From an uncultured Acidobacteriota bacterium (lineage in GTDB: Bacteria; Acidobacteriota; Thermoanaerobaculia; Multivoradales; UBA5704), in the NCBI GenBank assembly GCA_963770895.1, contig CAVYRF010000002.1:1280001-1344000 (forward strand): a DNA stretch of 64,000 nucleotides. Direction: 5' to 3'. The first letter of the stretch is position 1. Each line of letters starts with the position of its first letter. The notes beneath the pieces are model-generated. The model saw only the letters and a list, made by a program, of their open reading frames with translations. It ran no database searches and was not told the origin of the DNA. Positions 29,131 through 37,338 of this stretch are shown one piece after another. The translations under genes and the position numbers were made by a program.

Positions 29131-30378
29131 TCACGCATCGCCGGATACCGCGGGAGCCGGCGGCCGGCGGCGGAAAATCCTGCCGGCGGCACCGGAGACC
29201 GAGCCGTCCGCGCGCGTGCCGGCGGGGGCCACGGCAACCTGATCACCGGGGCCGGCGGCGGCCGGACCGGCCAGCACCTCGACCTCGCTGCCCGCGGCGA
29301 CGGCGGCGGCGCCATCCGCGCCAGCGCCAGCGACGGGGCTGGCGCGCCCACCCGCGACCTCGATCACGTAAAAGGTGCCGGCGCCGGCATAGCGCCGCTC
29401 GACGACCCGCCCGGCGAGCGCCCCGGCCGTGCCGGCGGCCACCAGCGTCAGCGCTTCGGGCCGCACCACCAGGTCGACCGCTTCGCCGGCGGCAAGCGGC
29501 TCGGCGGCGGTGCCCGGCCAGGCGACTTCCGCGCTGCCGGCGCCCCCGGCCGCCAGGCGCACAAGGCCGCTGGCGCCGTGGCCCTGGAACGTCCCGGGCA
29601 GGACGCTCGCCCGGCCGACGAAGGTGGCGACGAAGCGCGTCGCCGGGCGGTCGTAGAGGTCTTCGGGCGTCCCGACCTGGTGCAGCACGCCGCCCTGCAG
29701 CACCGCCACGCGGTCGGCCAGGTGGAACGCCTCCTCCTGCTCGTGGGTGACCAGGAGCGTGGTGATCCCCACCCGGCGCACGGCGCGCGCCAGCTCGCGG
29801 CGCGTGCGCTCGCGCAGCGCCGGGTCCAGGTTGGACAGCGGCTCGTCCAGCAGCAGCACGCGCGGCTCGGGCGCCAGGGCGCGGGCCAGCGCCACGCGCT
29901 GCTGCTGGCCGCCCGAGATCTCACCGATGCGCCGCGGCTCGAAGCCGGGCAGATCCACCAGCGCCAGCGCCGCCGCCACCCGCGAGCGGACCTCCTCACG
30001 CCCCAGCTGGTGCCCTTCCAGGCCGAAGGCGACGTTTTCACCCACCGTCAGGTGCGGGAACAGCGCGTAGTGCTGAAACACCATGCCGAAACGCCGCTTC
30101 GCCGGCGGCAACGCCGTCACGTCCTGCCCTTCGACCAGCACCCGGCCGCCGCCCGGATCGGGCGCTTCGAATCCCGCCACCAGGCGCAGCGCCGTCGTCT
30201 TGCCGCTGCCGCTGGGCCCCAGGAGCGCCACCACCTGGCCGCGTCCCACCGTAAGACTCAGCCCGTCGAGCACCCGCCGCGCCGTCCCCGCCGCCATCAC
30301 CGCCCCAGGCGCACCGCCGCCGCCGCCGAAGCTCTTGGCGAGGCGGTCGAGGACCAGGTAACCGTCGTCAGGGCACAT
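29131..30378 (-). CDS. ABC transporter ATP-binding protein (FbpC/PotA-like)
   Basis: GPSGSGKT, FQHYALFPH, ISGGQQQR and LLLDEP motifs. Confidence 0.92.
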   Translation of the reverse strand: MCPDDGYLVLDRLAKSFGGGGGAPGAVMAAGTARRVLDGLSLTVGRGQVVALLGPSGSGKTTALRLVAGFEAPDPGGGRVLVEGQDVTALPPAKRRFGMVFQHYALFPHLTVGENVAFGLEGHQLGREEVRSRVAAALALVDLPGFEPRRIGEISGGQQQRVALARALAPEPRVLLLDEPLSNLDPALRERTRRELARAVRRVGITTLLVTHEQEEAFHLADRVAVLQGGVLHQVGTPEDLYDRPATRFVATFVGRASVLPGTFQGHGASGLVRLAAGGAGSAEVAWPGTAAEPLAAGEAVDLVVRPEALTLVAAGTAGALAGRVVERRYAGAGTFYVIEVAGGRASPVAGAGADGAAAVAAGSEVEVLAGPAAAGPGDQVAVAPAGTRADGSVSGAAGRIFRRRPPAPAVSGDA

Positions 30379-30453
30379 GGCTGGGCGGGCGCGGCGGGCT
30401 GAAAGGATGCGGCGGATCGATGGGGGCCGGTGCGGCGGCGGCGCGGCGGCGGG

Positions 30454-31530
30454 TCACCGGTGAGCCGCGTCGGCGGCGTGGCCGCGGATGTCGTGGTCCC
30501 AGGCGATCATCCATTCTTTCTCGTGGGTTTCGACCAGGTGCCAATCGATGCGCGCCGGCACCAGCGAGGCGAGCACGGTCTGCGCCCATCGCGGCAGCTG
30601 AGCGACGGGCACGTCGGTGCGGGCGGGCAGGCGCAGAGCCTGGCTGGCCGCCAGCTCCTGCCCTTCGACGCTGCCGACGAACTCGATGAAGGCGCGCGCC
30701 GCGGCCGGGTGCGGCGCCCCCTTGACCAGCCCGATCGAATCGTCGATCACCGGCGTGCCGCTGGTCGGAAAGCGGTAGTCGAGCGGCGACCCGCGCCGCT
30801 GCTGCAACAGGATGTCGGTCAGCTCCCAGATGGTCAGCAGCCCCTCGCGGCGGTTGAGCTTCTGCATCAGCAGCGCGGGATTCTGCAGGTACTCCTTGGT
30901 CTGGCCGTCCAGGCGCCGCAGCCAGGCGAAACCGAGGTCGGCGCTGCCGGTCGCCGCCACCGACCGGGCCAGCACCATGCTGAACAGCGTCCGCATGGTG
31001 CCCGACGCCAGCGGATCGCGGATCAGGATCTTGCCCTGCCAGCGCGGCTCCAGCAGGTCGTCCCAATCGCGCGGCGCCTGCGCCGCCGGCACCGCCGCGG
31101 CGTTGAACACCAACACCGGCGCCGTGCGATACACGCCGAAGTACAGGTCGCCCGGGCCGCGGTCCGCCGCCGGCACCGCCGCCGCCCAGCTGGGGCGATA
31201 GGCGGCCAGCAGGCCGTCCCCCACGCCGCGCGCGAACATCGCCCGCGGTCCCCCGTACCACACGTCCGCCTGCGGATTGACCGCCTCGGAGCGGATGCGG
31301 TCGTACACGTCCTGCGACCCCATGTCCAGCCAGCGCACGTCGACGTCAGGATGGTGCGCCTCGAAGCTCCGCTCCATCAGCTTGAGCAGGTCCCGCCCAT
31401 GCGGCGAATAGATCGTCAGCGGCGTCCGGTGGTCCGAGCACCCCGCCGCCCCAACCACCAGCATCGCCAGAACGATCACGCCGGCGGTCGCCGCGCCCCC
31501 CACAACGCTTGTCCGACCCGCCGCCCTCAT
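30454..31530 (-). CDS. ABC substrate-binding lipoprotein (Fe3+-type)
   Basis: AAGC lipobox, IYSPHG, NPQADVWYGG, DPLASGT. Confidence 0.85.
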   Translation of the reverse strand: MRAAGRTSVVGGAATAGVIVLAMLVVGAAGCSDHRTPLTIYSPHGRDLLKLMERSFEAHHPDVDVRWLDMGSQDVYDRIRSEAVNPQADVWYGGPRAMFARGVGDGLLAAYRPSWAAAVPAADRGPGDLYFGVYRTAPVLVFNAAAVPAAQAPRDWDDLLEPRWQGKILIRDPLASGTMRTLFSMVLARSVAATGSADLGFAWLRRLDGQTKEYLQNPALLMQKLNRREGLLTIWELTDILLQQRRGSPLDYRFPTSGTPVIDDSIGLVKGAPHPAAARAFIEFVGSVEGQELAASQALRLPARTDVPVAQLPRWAQTVLASLVPARIDWHLVETHEKEWMIAWDHDIRGHAADAAHR

Positions 31531-31991
31531 GCAGTCCCCATGGCTGAGCGGTACTGTAGCGCAGCCGGCAACCGGCGGCCCAGGCCGTAGCCGCCGCCCG
31601 CGATCGTCGGTCCTGCCAAACCGGACACCGCCCCGCCGCCCAGGCGACAGCGACGACAGCGCGCACGGCAGCCGGTGCGTGGATCGAATTCAGAGACTAG
31701 CCTCTCCGTGCCTGGAGGGCATTTTAGCAGTAGAATGTAGACCGAGAGCTCGCCACACGGCACAATTAGCAGCGATTGACTGTCCGGATCACAAATCCGT
31801 GAGGAGATTCTTGCCGAGCTGATCGGCAGGCACGAGCCACCACAAAGCCGACCGCCCCTGCTCCACCTGCGACCCCCAGCCGGGGTGACCTTCGAGACCA
31901 CACTTGAAGAAAGGCATTTGGGCTCGCAAGAAGAGATCTGAACAAGGATCAAGCAAAGAGAAAGGCCAATGCGATTGGAGGGAGCGGATTT

Positions 31992-32741
31992 ATGGACATC
32001 GGCACTTTTTCGCGCGAAGCCACGGGTCTGGCGCGGAATCCATTGGGCATCATTGCCCTTTTCATTATTCTGATCTATGGTTTTGCGTCGCTCACACTTG
32101 GCTTCAATGCCTCACTTCAATCTGAGGAGCGACTTCCTCTGGTCTGGTTCCTCGTTGCGTTTCCAGTGGTAGTTCTCGCAACTTTCAGTTGGTTGGTGAG
32201 CCGACACCCCACAAAGCTTTACGCCCCCGGGGACTATCAAACAGACGCCGCTTTCGTCGAGGCGACGAAGGCGGCAGTGGAAACCCGAACTCGGCAGCTA
32301 CAAGAACAGACGAGCCAGATCAAGGAGATCGTGCGAGAAGTACTATCCACGTCGAATCTGCCAGGGAAAGAAAATCCCGAGGCCGGTGACCTGGCAGATC
32401 AGGTGTCGGAAGCGATCGACCGTGCGACCACCATTACAGTCGATGCACGCACCTTCCTCAACGACGAGTCCGCAACTTTCGTTTTTCCTGTTGCAGCATT
32501 TGAATCTCTCAACAACCTTACGGACAAGGTCTTCTTTGAGCTGTCCCCCAGGGTGAAGCCATATGAGTACGGCTATACCTGGGTACTGCGCAACGATGCT
32601 TCTAGCGAGGTCATTCGCAACGCCCGAATGATTACGCGGACCCCTCCCGGGAAGCCCCTGCCAGACTACCGATCTCTTTCTGAGGTGGGAATCAAACCCG
32701 GTGCGACTCTGCGCGTTGTGCGCCTTGACGCACCAACCTGA
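31992..32741 (+). CDS. Two-TM membrane protein with coiled coil and ubiquitin-like C-terminus (lower GC)
   Basis: NPLGIIALF...LVWFLVAFPVVVL...HPTKLYAP. C-terminus DYRSLSEVGIKPGATLRVVRL. Confidence 0.7.
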   Translation: MDIGTFSREATGLARNPLGIIALFIILIYGFASLTLGFNASLQSEERLPLVWFLVAFPVVVLATFSWLVSRHPTKLYAPGDYQTDAAFVEATKAAVETRTRQLQEQTSQIKEIVREVLSTSNLPGKENPEAGDLADQVSEAIDRATTITVDARTFLNDESATFVFPVAAFESLNNLTDKVFFELSPRVKPYEYGYTWVLRNDASSEVIRNARMITRTPPGKPLPDYRSLSEVGIKPGATLRVVRLDAPT

Positions 32742-32924
32742 CTGGCCGTGCGGCTGGGGTGCGCGGACACGGGACAGCACCGCCCAGGACGGCGGCCGCG
32801 CGAACAACGGCCATGCGATCTCGCTGGCGAGCGCCGGCGTTTCGCAGCGCCAACCCACGAACAGGACGGCGCCAAACCGGGGGTAGCGTCCCAAGATCGT
32901 GTTGGTGCTCATTACCAACACTAA

Positions 32925-34235
32925 GGAGTCGCGCCAGAATAACATGACTATCTTTTGCGACGCTTGGGGCGAATGGCGTAGTTCCATTCGCCGTGAAAGC
33001 TGGCGCGCTTCAGATTGACGGTCGCGAGTTCTTCGTCAGCTACAGCAACCCCGGTTGGATAGCTACCGCGGTCGAGTTCGGCACGGATCTCCAGTCCAGC
33101 CTTGGTCACCGTGGCAGCGATTAGGTTGATGATGACGTCGTGACTGATCAGCGGTTTGCCCCGCCAGTTTTCGGTGATGTGGCAGAACATGCGATGCTCG
33201 ATCTTGTTCCACTTGCTGGTGCCCGGCGGGAAGTGGCGGACGTTGATGGTCAGGCCCAGCTGGCTCGCCAAGTCTTGCAGCGCAACCTTCCAGAGCCGGC
33301 AGCGACTGCCGTTGCTGCCACCGCCATCGGCGGTGATCAGCAACTCGCGGGCGTTGGGGTAGCGAGGGGAACCCATCTTACGCCACCAACGACGGATCGC
33401 TTCGACGGCGAACCGGGCTGTGTCGTGGTCCACGCCGACGCTCACCCACCCCTGGTTCGAGCTCAGGTCATACACGCCATAGGGAATTGCTTTGCCCAAC
33501 TCGGGGTCCACGAAGTCGTAGATTTTGACCGACTCTGGATTTCCCTTCGGTCGCCACTCACGTCCGACATTCTTGAACGCTCCGACCAGTTCCTTCTTCT
33601 TCGTGTCCACCGAGATGACCGGTTGGCCCCGCTTCTGAAACGCCTGGACCGTGCGGCTGATGTGCTCGAACTGGGCGTTGCGGTCCGGATGCGCGGCACC
33701 CTCCAAGGTTTTGCGGTTGCTCTGTAGGCTGTAGCCCGCCGCATTCAGCAGCCGCCCTACGCTGCGCGGGCTCAAGGCGTGTCCCTGCCCCGTCAACGCT
33801 GCTGACAATTGGGTCGTACTCTTGCAGGTCCAGCGCAACGGGGATTCCGGGTCGCCGCGCGCCACCGGGTCGACCAAGTGCTCCAACGCATCCAGCAGGT
33901 CAGGGTCATTCTCGCTCAGCGCCTTACGCCCGCCACCGGGCCGGCGAACCCGCAAGGCCACTGGCACCTCAGGATGAGCCTGCCGGTCCTGCAACTCCGC
34001 CAAACCCCGCCGGATCGTATTCGGCGACATGCCAATAGCCCCGCTCACCGCTCGCACTCCGCCCCAGCCATAGGCCCATGCTTCCGAAGCAGCCCACTGG
34101 CGCCGCATCCGCTCATCCATCATCGGCGCAAGCGAAAGGTACTTCATTGCAATCTGCTCCGCCGAGGCGGGATCTTGCATGTCCCGCAGTAAAACACAAT
34201 CTCATAACCTAGTCAAGTTATTTTGACGCGACTCC
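32925..34235 (-). mobile_element. ISAzo13-family insertion sequence, copy 2 (1311 bp, inverted)
   Basis: Same IRs and identical transposase as copy 1, TAA flanks. One SNP noticed near IRL. Confidence 0.92.
32948..34180 (-). CDS. ISAzo13-family DDE transposase
   Basis: Protein identical to 22271-23503. Confidence 0.95.
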   Translation of the reverse strand: MQDPASAEQIAMKYLSLAPMMDERMRRQWAASEAWAYGWGGVRAVSGAIGMSPNTIRRGLAELQDRQAHPEVPVALRVRRPGGGRKALSENDPDLLDALEHLVDPVARGDPESPLRWTCKSTTQLSAALTGQGHALSPRSVGRLLNAAGYSLQSNRKTLEGAAHPDRNAQFEHISRTVQAFQKRGQPVISVDTKKKELVGAFKNVGREWRPKGNPESVKIYDFVDPELGKAIPYGVYDLSSNQGWVSVGVDHDTARFAVEAIRRWWRKMGSPRYPNARELLITADGGGSNGSRCRLWKVALQDLASQLGLTINVRHFPPGTSKWNKIEHRMFCHITENWRGKPLISHDVIINLIAATVTKAGLEIRAELDRGSYPTGVAVADEELATVNLKRASFHGEWNYAIRPKRRKR

Positions 34236-34293
34236 TAAGTAAGGACACCACCCGCGGCCGGGGTCGCTTGACGGCCTGGGGGCCCCCCGAGGC

Positions 34294-34452
34294 TCAGCAG
34301 CAGAAGCTGACGTTCGTGCCCGAGTGGCAGCGGTAGGTGGCGCCGCCGCCGATCTTGGGGAGCACCGCGGCTTCGAGCTCGCGCAGCGTCTCGCAGTGGA
34401 GGGTGAGCCTGGAGCCTTCCTGGGTCGTGGTGCGCTGCGCAGCTTTCTTCAT
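34294..34452 (-). CDS. Putative RiPP (lanthipeptide-like) precursor, 52 aa
   Basis: AGGAGAAG RBS. MKK...RLTLHCETLREL...IGGG leader and core ATYRCHSGTNVSFCC. Confidence 0.7.
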   Translation of the reverse strand: MKKAAQRTTTQEGSRLTLHCETLRELEAAVLPKIGGGATYRCHSGTNVSFCC

Positions 34453-34725
34453 GGTCTTCTCCTGTCTCCTGTAGTTTCGCCGCGGATCGTCGAGCGGTCG
34501 GCCCGCCGGGCCAACTCTGTCGGCCACCCTCAGTGAAAAGAGTGTGCACGGGATGGGCGGCGAGACAGTCTGGTGAAGGAGAGGAGCGGTCCTCCCTTTA
34601 TCGGAGAAACCTACCAGCAGATCAGGAGAGGCGCGAATAGGGCGGCAGCACAACACAGTCTTGGCACACTACCAACCCGGCGCGCTTTTCACCGCGGGGG
34701 CCTAACGCGCTATCCTTGAGGCGCC

Positions 34726-37308
34726 ATGGCTACGACTGAAGCTGCCGCTGTGTCCGTTCTGGAACCTCCTGCCCAACTCGATACCAAAACGCTGAACGCT
34801 TTCCGCCGCCTGGGCTTCCTGCAGGCGGACCTGGACCCGCTGCGGCGGCTGCGCAGCGAGCCGCAGCCGGCGCTGGAAGAAGAAGCGGATGCGGCCACCG
34901 CGGAATGGGCGCGGCGGCGCTACTGCGGCCCGATCGGCGCGGAATTCATGCACGTGCCGGACCCGACGCGCCGGCGCTGGATCGGCGAACGGATGGAAGC
35001 GGACGCCGACTCCAGCCTGGGCTTCCACCTGGGGACGTCCGAGCGCGACCACGTGCTGGCGCTGATCATGCGCGCCGAAATGTTCGAGCAGCTGGTGCAG
35101 ACCCGGTACCAGGGGAGCAAGCGGTTCTCGATCGAGGGCGTCGCGGCGGTGATTCCGGCGCTCGATGAGATGCTGCGGCAGGCGGCGGCGTTCGCGGCGC
35201 GTCAGGTGGTGCTGGCGATGAGCCACCGCGGCCGGCTGAGCGTGATGGTCAACACCGTGGGCAGGCCGGCGGCGGAGATCTTCGGCGGCTTCGAAGACGT
35301 CGACCCGCGCAGCGTCCTGGGAGGCGGCGACGTCAAGTACCACCAGGGCGCGACCGGCACCTTCCGCGCCCCCAACGGGCGCGAGATCGGCATCCACCTG
35401 GTATCCAACCCCAGCCACCTGGAAGCCGTCGATCCTGTGGCCGTCGGGCGCGTGCGGGCCAAGCAGGTGCGCCTGGGCGACGACGACTGGACGCAGGTCA
35501 TGCCGATCGTCCTGCACGGCGACGCCGCCTTCGCCGGCCAGGGGATTCTGGCCGAAACCCTCAACCTGGCCGAGCTGCCGGGCTACCGCGTCGGCGGCAC
35601 CGTGCACGTCATCGTCAACAACCTGATCGGCTTCACCACCGAGCCGAAGAGCTTCCAGTCGTCGCGCTTCGCGTCCGACATCGCGCGGCGGCTGCCGATC
35701 CCCATCTTTCACGTCAACGGCGAGGACCCCGATGCGGTGGTGCGCGTGGCGGCCCTTGCCGTCGCCTATCGCTACGCCTTCAAGTCGGACGTGGTGGTCG
35801 ACCTGATCGGCTACCGCCGCTGGGGGCACAGCGAAGTCGACGACCCGACGATCACCCAGCCGCTGCTGTACAAGCTGATCGAAGCGCATCCGCCGCTGTG
35901 GAAGATCTACGCCCAGCACATGGGCTTGAGCGACGACGAAGCCGAGCGGCGCATGGCGGTGGTGCGCGCCGAGCTGGACGCGGCGCAGGAAGCCGCCAAG
36001 GGGCTTGCAAAGAAGCCCACCCTGCGCACGCTGCCCGCCTACTGGGACAAGTACAAGGGCGGCCGCCACCTGGAAGCCTACGAGGTGACGACGGGGCTCG
36101 ACCGCGAGCGGCTGCGCCGGCTGACGGCGCCGCTCACCAGCTGGCCGGCTGGTTTTGCCGTGCACAAGAAGATCGAAGCGCTGCTCAAGCAGCGGGCGGA
36201 GATGGGCGAGGGCAAGCGGCCGGTCGACTACGGCATGGCCGAAGCGCTGGCGTTCGCCTCGCTGGTCGACGGCGGGACGCCGGTGCGGCTGGGCGGCCAG
36301 GACAGCCGCCGCGGCACCTTCGCCCAGCGCCACGCCGTGCTGATCGACGTCGAAACCGGCGCCGAGCACACGCCGCTGGCCCACGTCTCGCCCACCCAGG
36401 CGCGCTTCGAAGTCTACGATTCGATGCTGTCCGAGGCCGCCGTGCTGGGCTTCGAGTACGGCTACAGCCGCGACTACCCGGAAACGCTGGTGGCCTGGGA
36501 GGCGCAGTTCGGCGACTTCGCCAACGGCGCCCAGATCATCATCGACCAGTTCATCGCCGCCGGCGAAGACAAATGGGACCTGCTGTCGGGCCTGGTGATG
36601 CTGCTGCCCCACGGCTACGAAGGCCAGGGCCCCGAACATTCCAGCGCCCGCGTCGAGCGCTACCTGCAGCTGGCCGCCGAAGACAACATCCAGGTCTGCC
36701 AGCCGTCGACCGCCGCCCAGTACTTCCACCTGCTGCGCCGTCAGGCGCTGCGCATCTGGCGCAAGCCGCTGGTGGTGCTGACGCCCAAGAGCATGCTGCG
36801 CCATCGCGACTCGTCGTCGCCGATCGACGATCTGTGCCGCGACCGGTTCCAGAACGTCCTGCCCGACACGACGGTGCACGACGCGCAGCGCGTGCTGCTG
36901 TGCACCGGCAAGATCGCCCACGAGCTGCGGCAGGAGCGCACCCGCCGCCAGGACACGACCACCGCCATCGTCACCCTGGAGCAGCTCTACCCGCTGCCCA
37001 AGGCTGAGGTCGTCGCGGCGCTGGCCCAACACCCCAACTGCCACGACCTGGTATGGGTGCAGGAGGAGCCCGCCAACATGGGCGCCCTGTTCCACGTGCG
37101 CCCACGGCTGGAACGCCTGACCGGCCGCCGCCTGCGCTCGGTGCAGCGCCACGCCAGCGGCAGTCCCGCCACCGGCTCCGCCAAGGCCCACCACCTGGAG
37201 CAGCAGACCCTGCTGACCCTGGCCTTCACCATCGGCCTGGACCACGCCGCCGGCGGCGCGCCCGACGCGGCCAAGGCGCCCGACGCGGCCAACTCCGCAG
37301 GCACGTAG
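34726..37308 (+). CDS. sucA: 2-oxoglutarate dehydrogenase E1
   Basis: KRFSIEG, HRGRL, GDVKYH, NPSHLE, HGDAAFAGQG, WEAQFGDFANGAQ and HGYEGQGPEHSS motifs. Confidence 0.96.
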   Translation: MATTEAAAVSVLEPPAQLDTKTLNAFRRLGFLQADLDPLRRLRSEPQPALEEEADAATAEWARRRYCGPIGAEFMHVPDPTRRRWIGERMEADADSSLGFHLGTSERDHVLALIMRAEMFEQLVQTRYQGSKRFSIEGVAAVIPALDEMLRQAAAFAARQVVLAMSHRGRLSVMVNTVGRPAAEIFGGFEDVDPRSVLGGGDVKYHQGATGTFRAPNGREIGIHLVSNPSHLEAVDPVAVGRVRAKQVRLGDDDWTQVMPIVLHGDAAFAGQGILAETLNLAELPGYRVGGTVHVIVNNLIGFTTEPKSFQSSRFASDIARRLPIPIFHVNGEDPDAVVRVAALAVAYRYAFKSDVVVDLIGYRRWGHSEVDDPTITQPLLYKLIEAHPPLWKIYAQHMGLSDDEAERRMAVVRAELDAAQEAAKGLAKKPTLRTLPAYWDKYKGGRHLEAYEVTTGLDRERLRRLTAPLTSWPAGFAVHKKIEALLKQRAEMGEGKRPVDYGMAEALAFASLVDGGTPVRLGGQDSRRGTFAQRHAVLIDVETGAEHTPLAHVSPTQARFEVYDSMLSEAAVLGFEYGYSRDYPETLVAWEAQFGDFANGAQIIIDQFIAAGEDKWDLLSGLVMLLPHGYEGQGPEHSSARVERYLQLAAEDNIQVCQPSTAAQYFHLLRRQALRIWRKPLVVLTPKSMLRHRDSSSPIDDLCRDRFQNVLPDTTVHDAQRVLLCTGKIAHELRQERTRRQDTTTAIVTLEQLYPLPKAEVVAALAQHPNCHDLVWVQEEPANMGALFHVRPRLERLTGRRLRSVQRHASGSPATGSAKAHHLEQQTLLTLAFTIGLDHAAGGAPDAAKAPDAANSAGT

Positions 37309-37338
37309 GGGCGGCGGGCACCGCGCCCCCCACGCGGC

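Noticed and set aside
29073-29351. Alternative-frame ORF suggesting a frameshift in the ABC ATPase tail
   Set aside because: The ATPase C-terminus is plausible in its own frame, and the alternative ORF is low-complexity.
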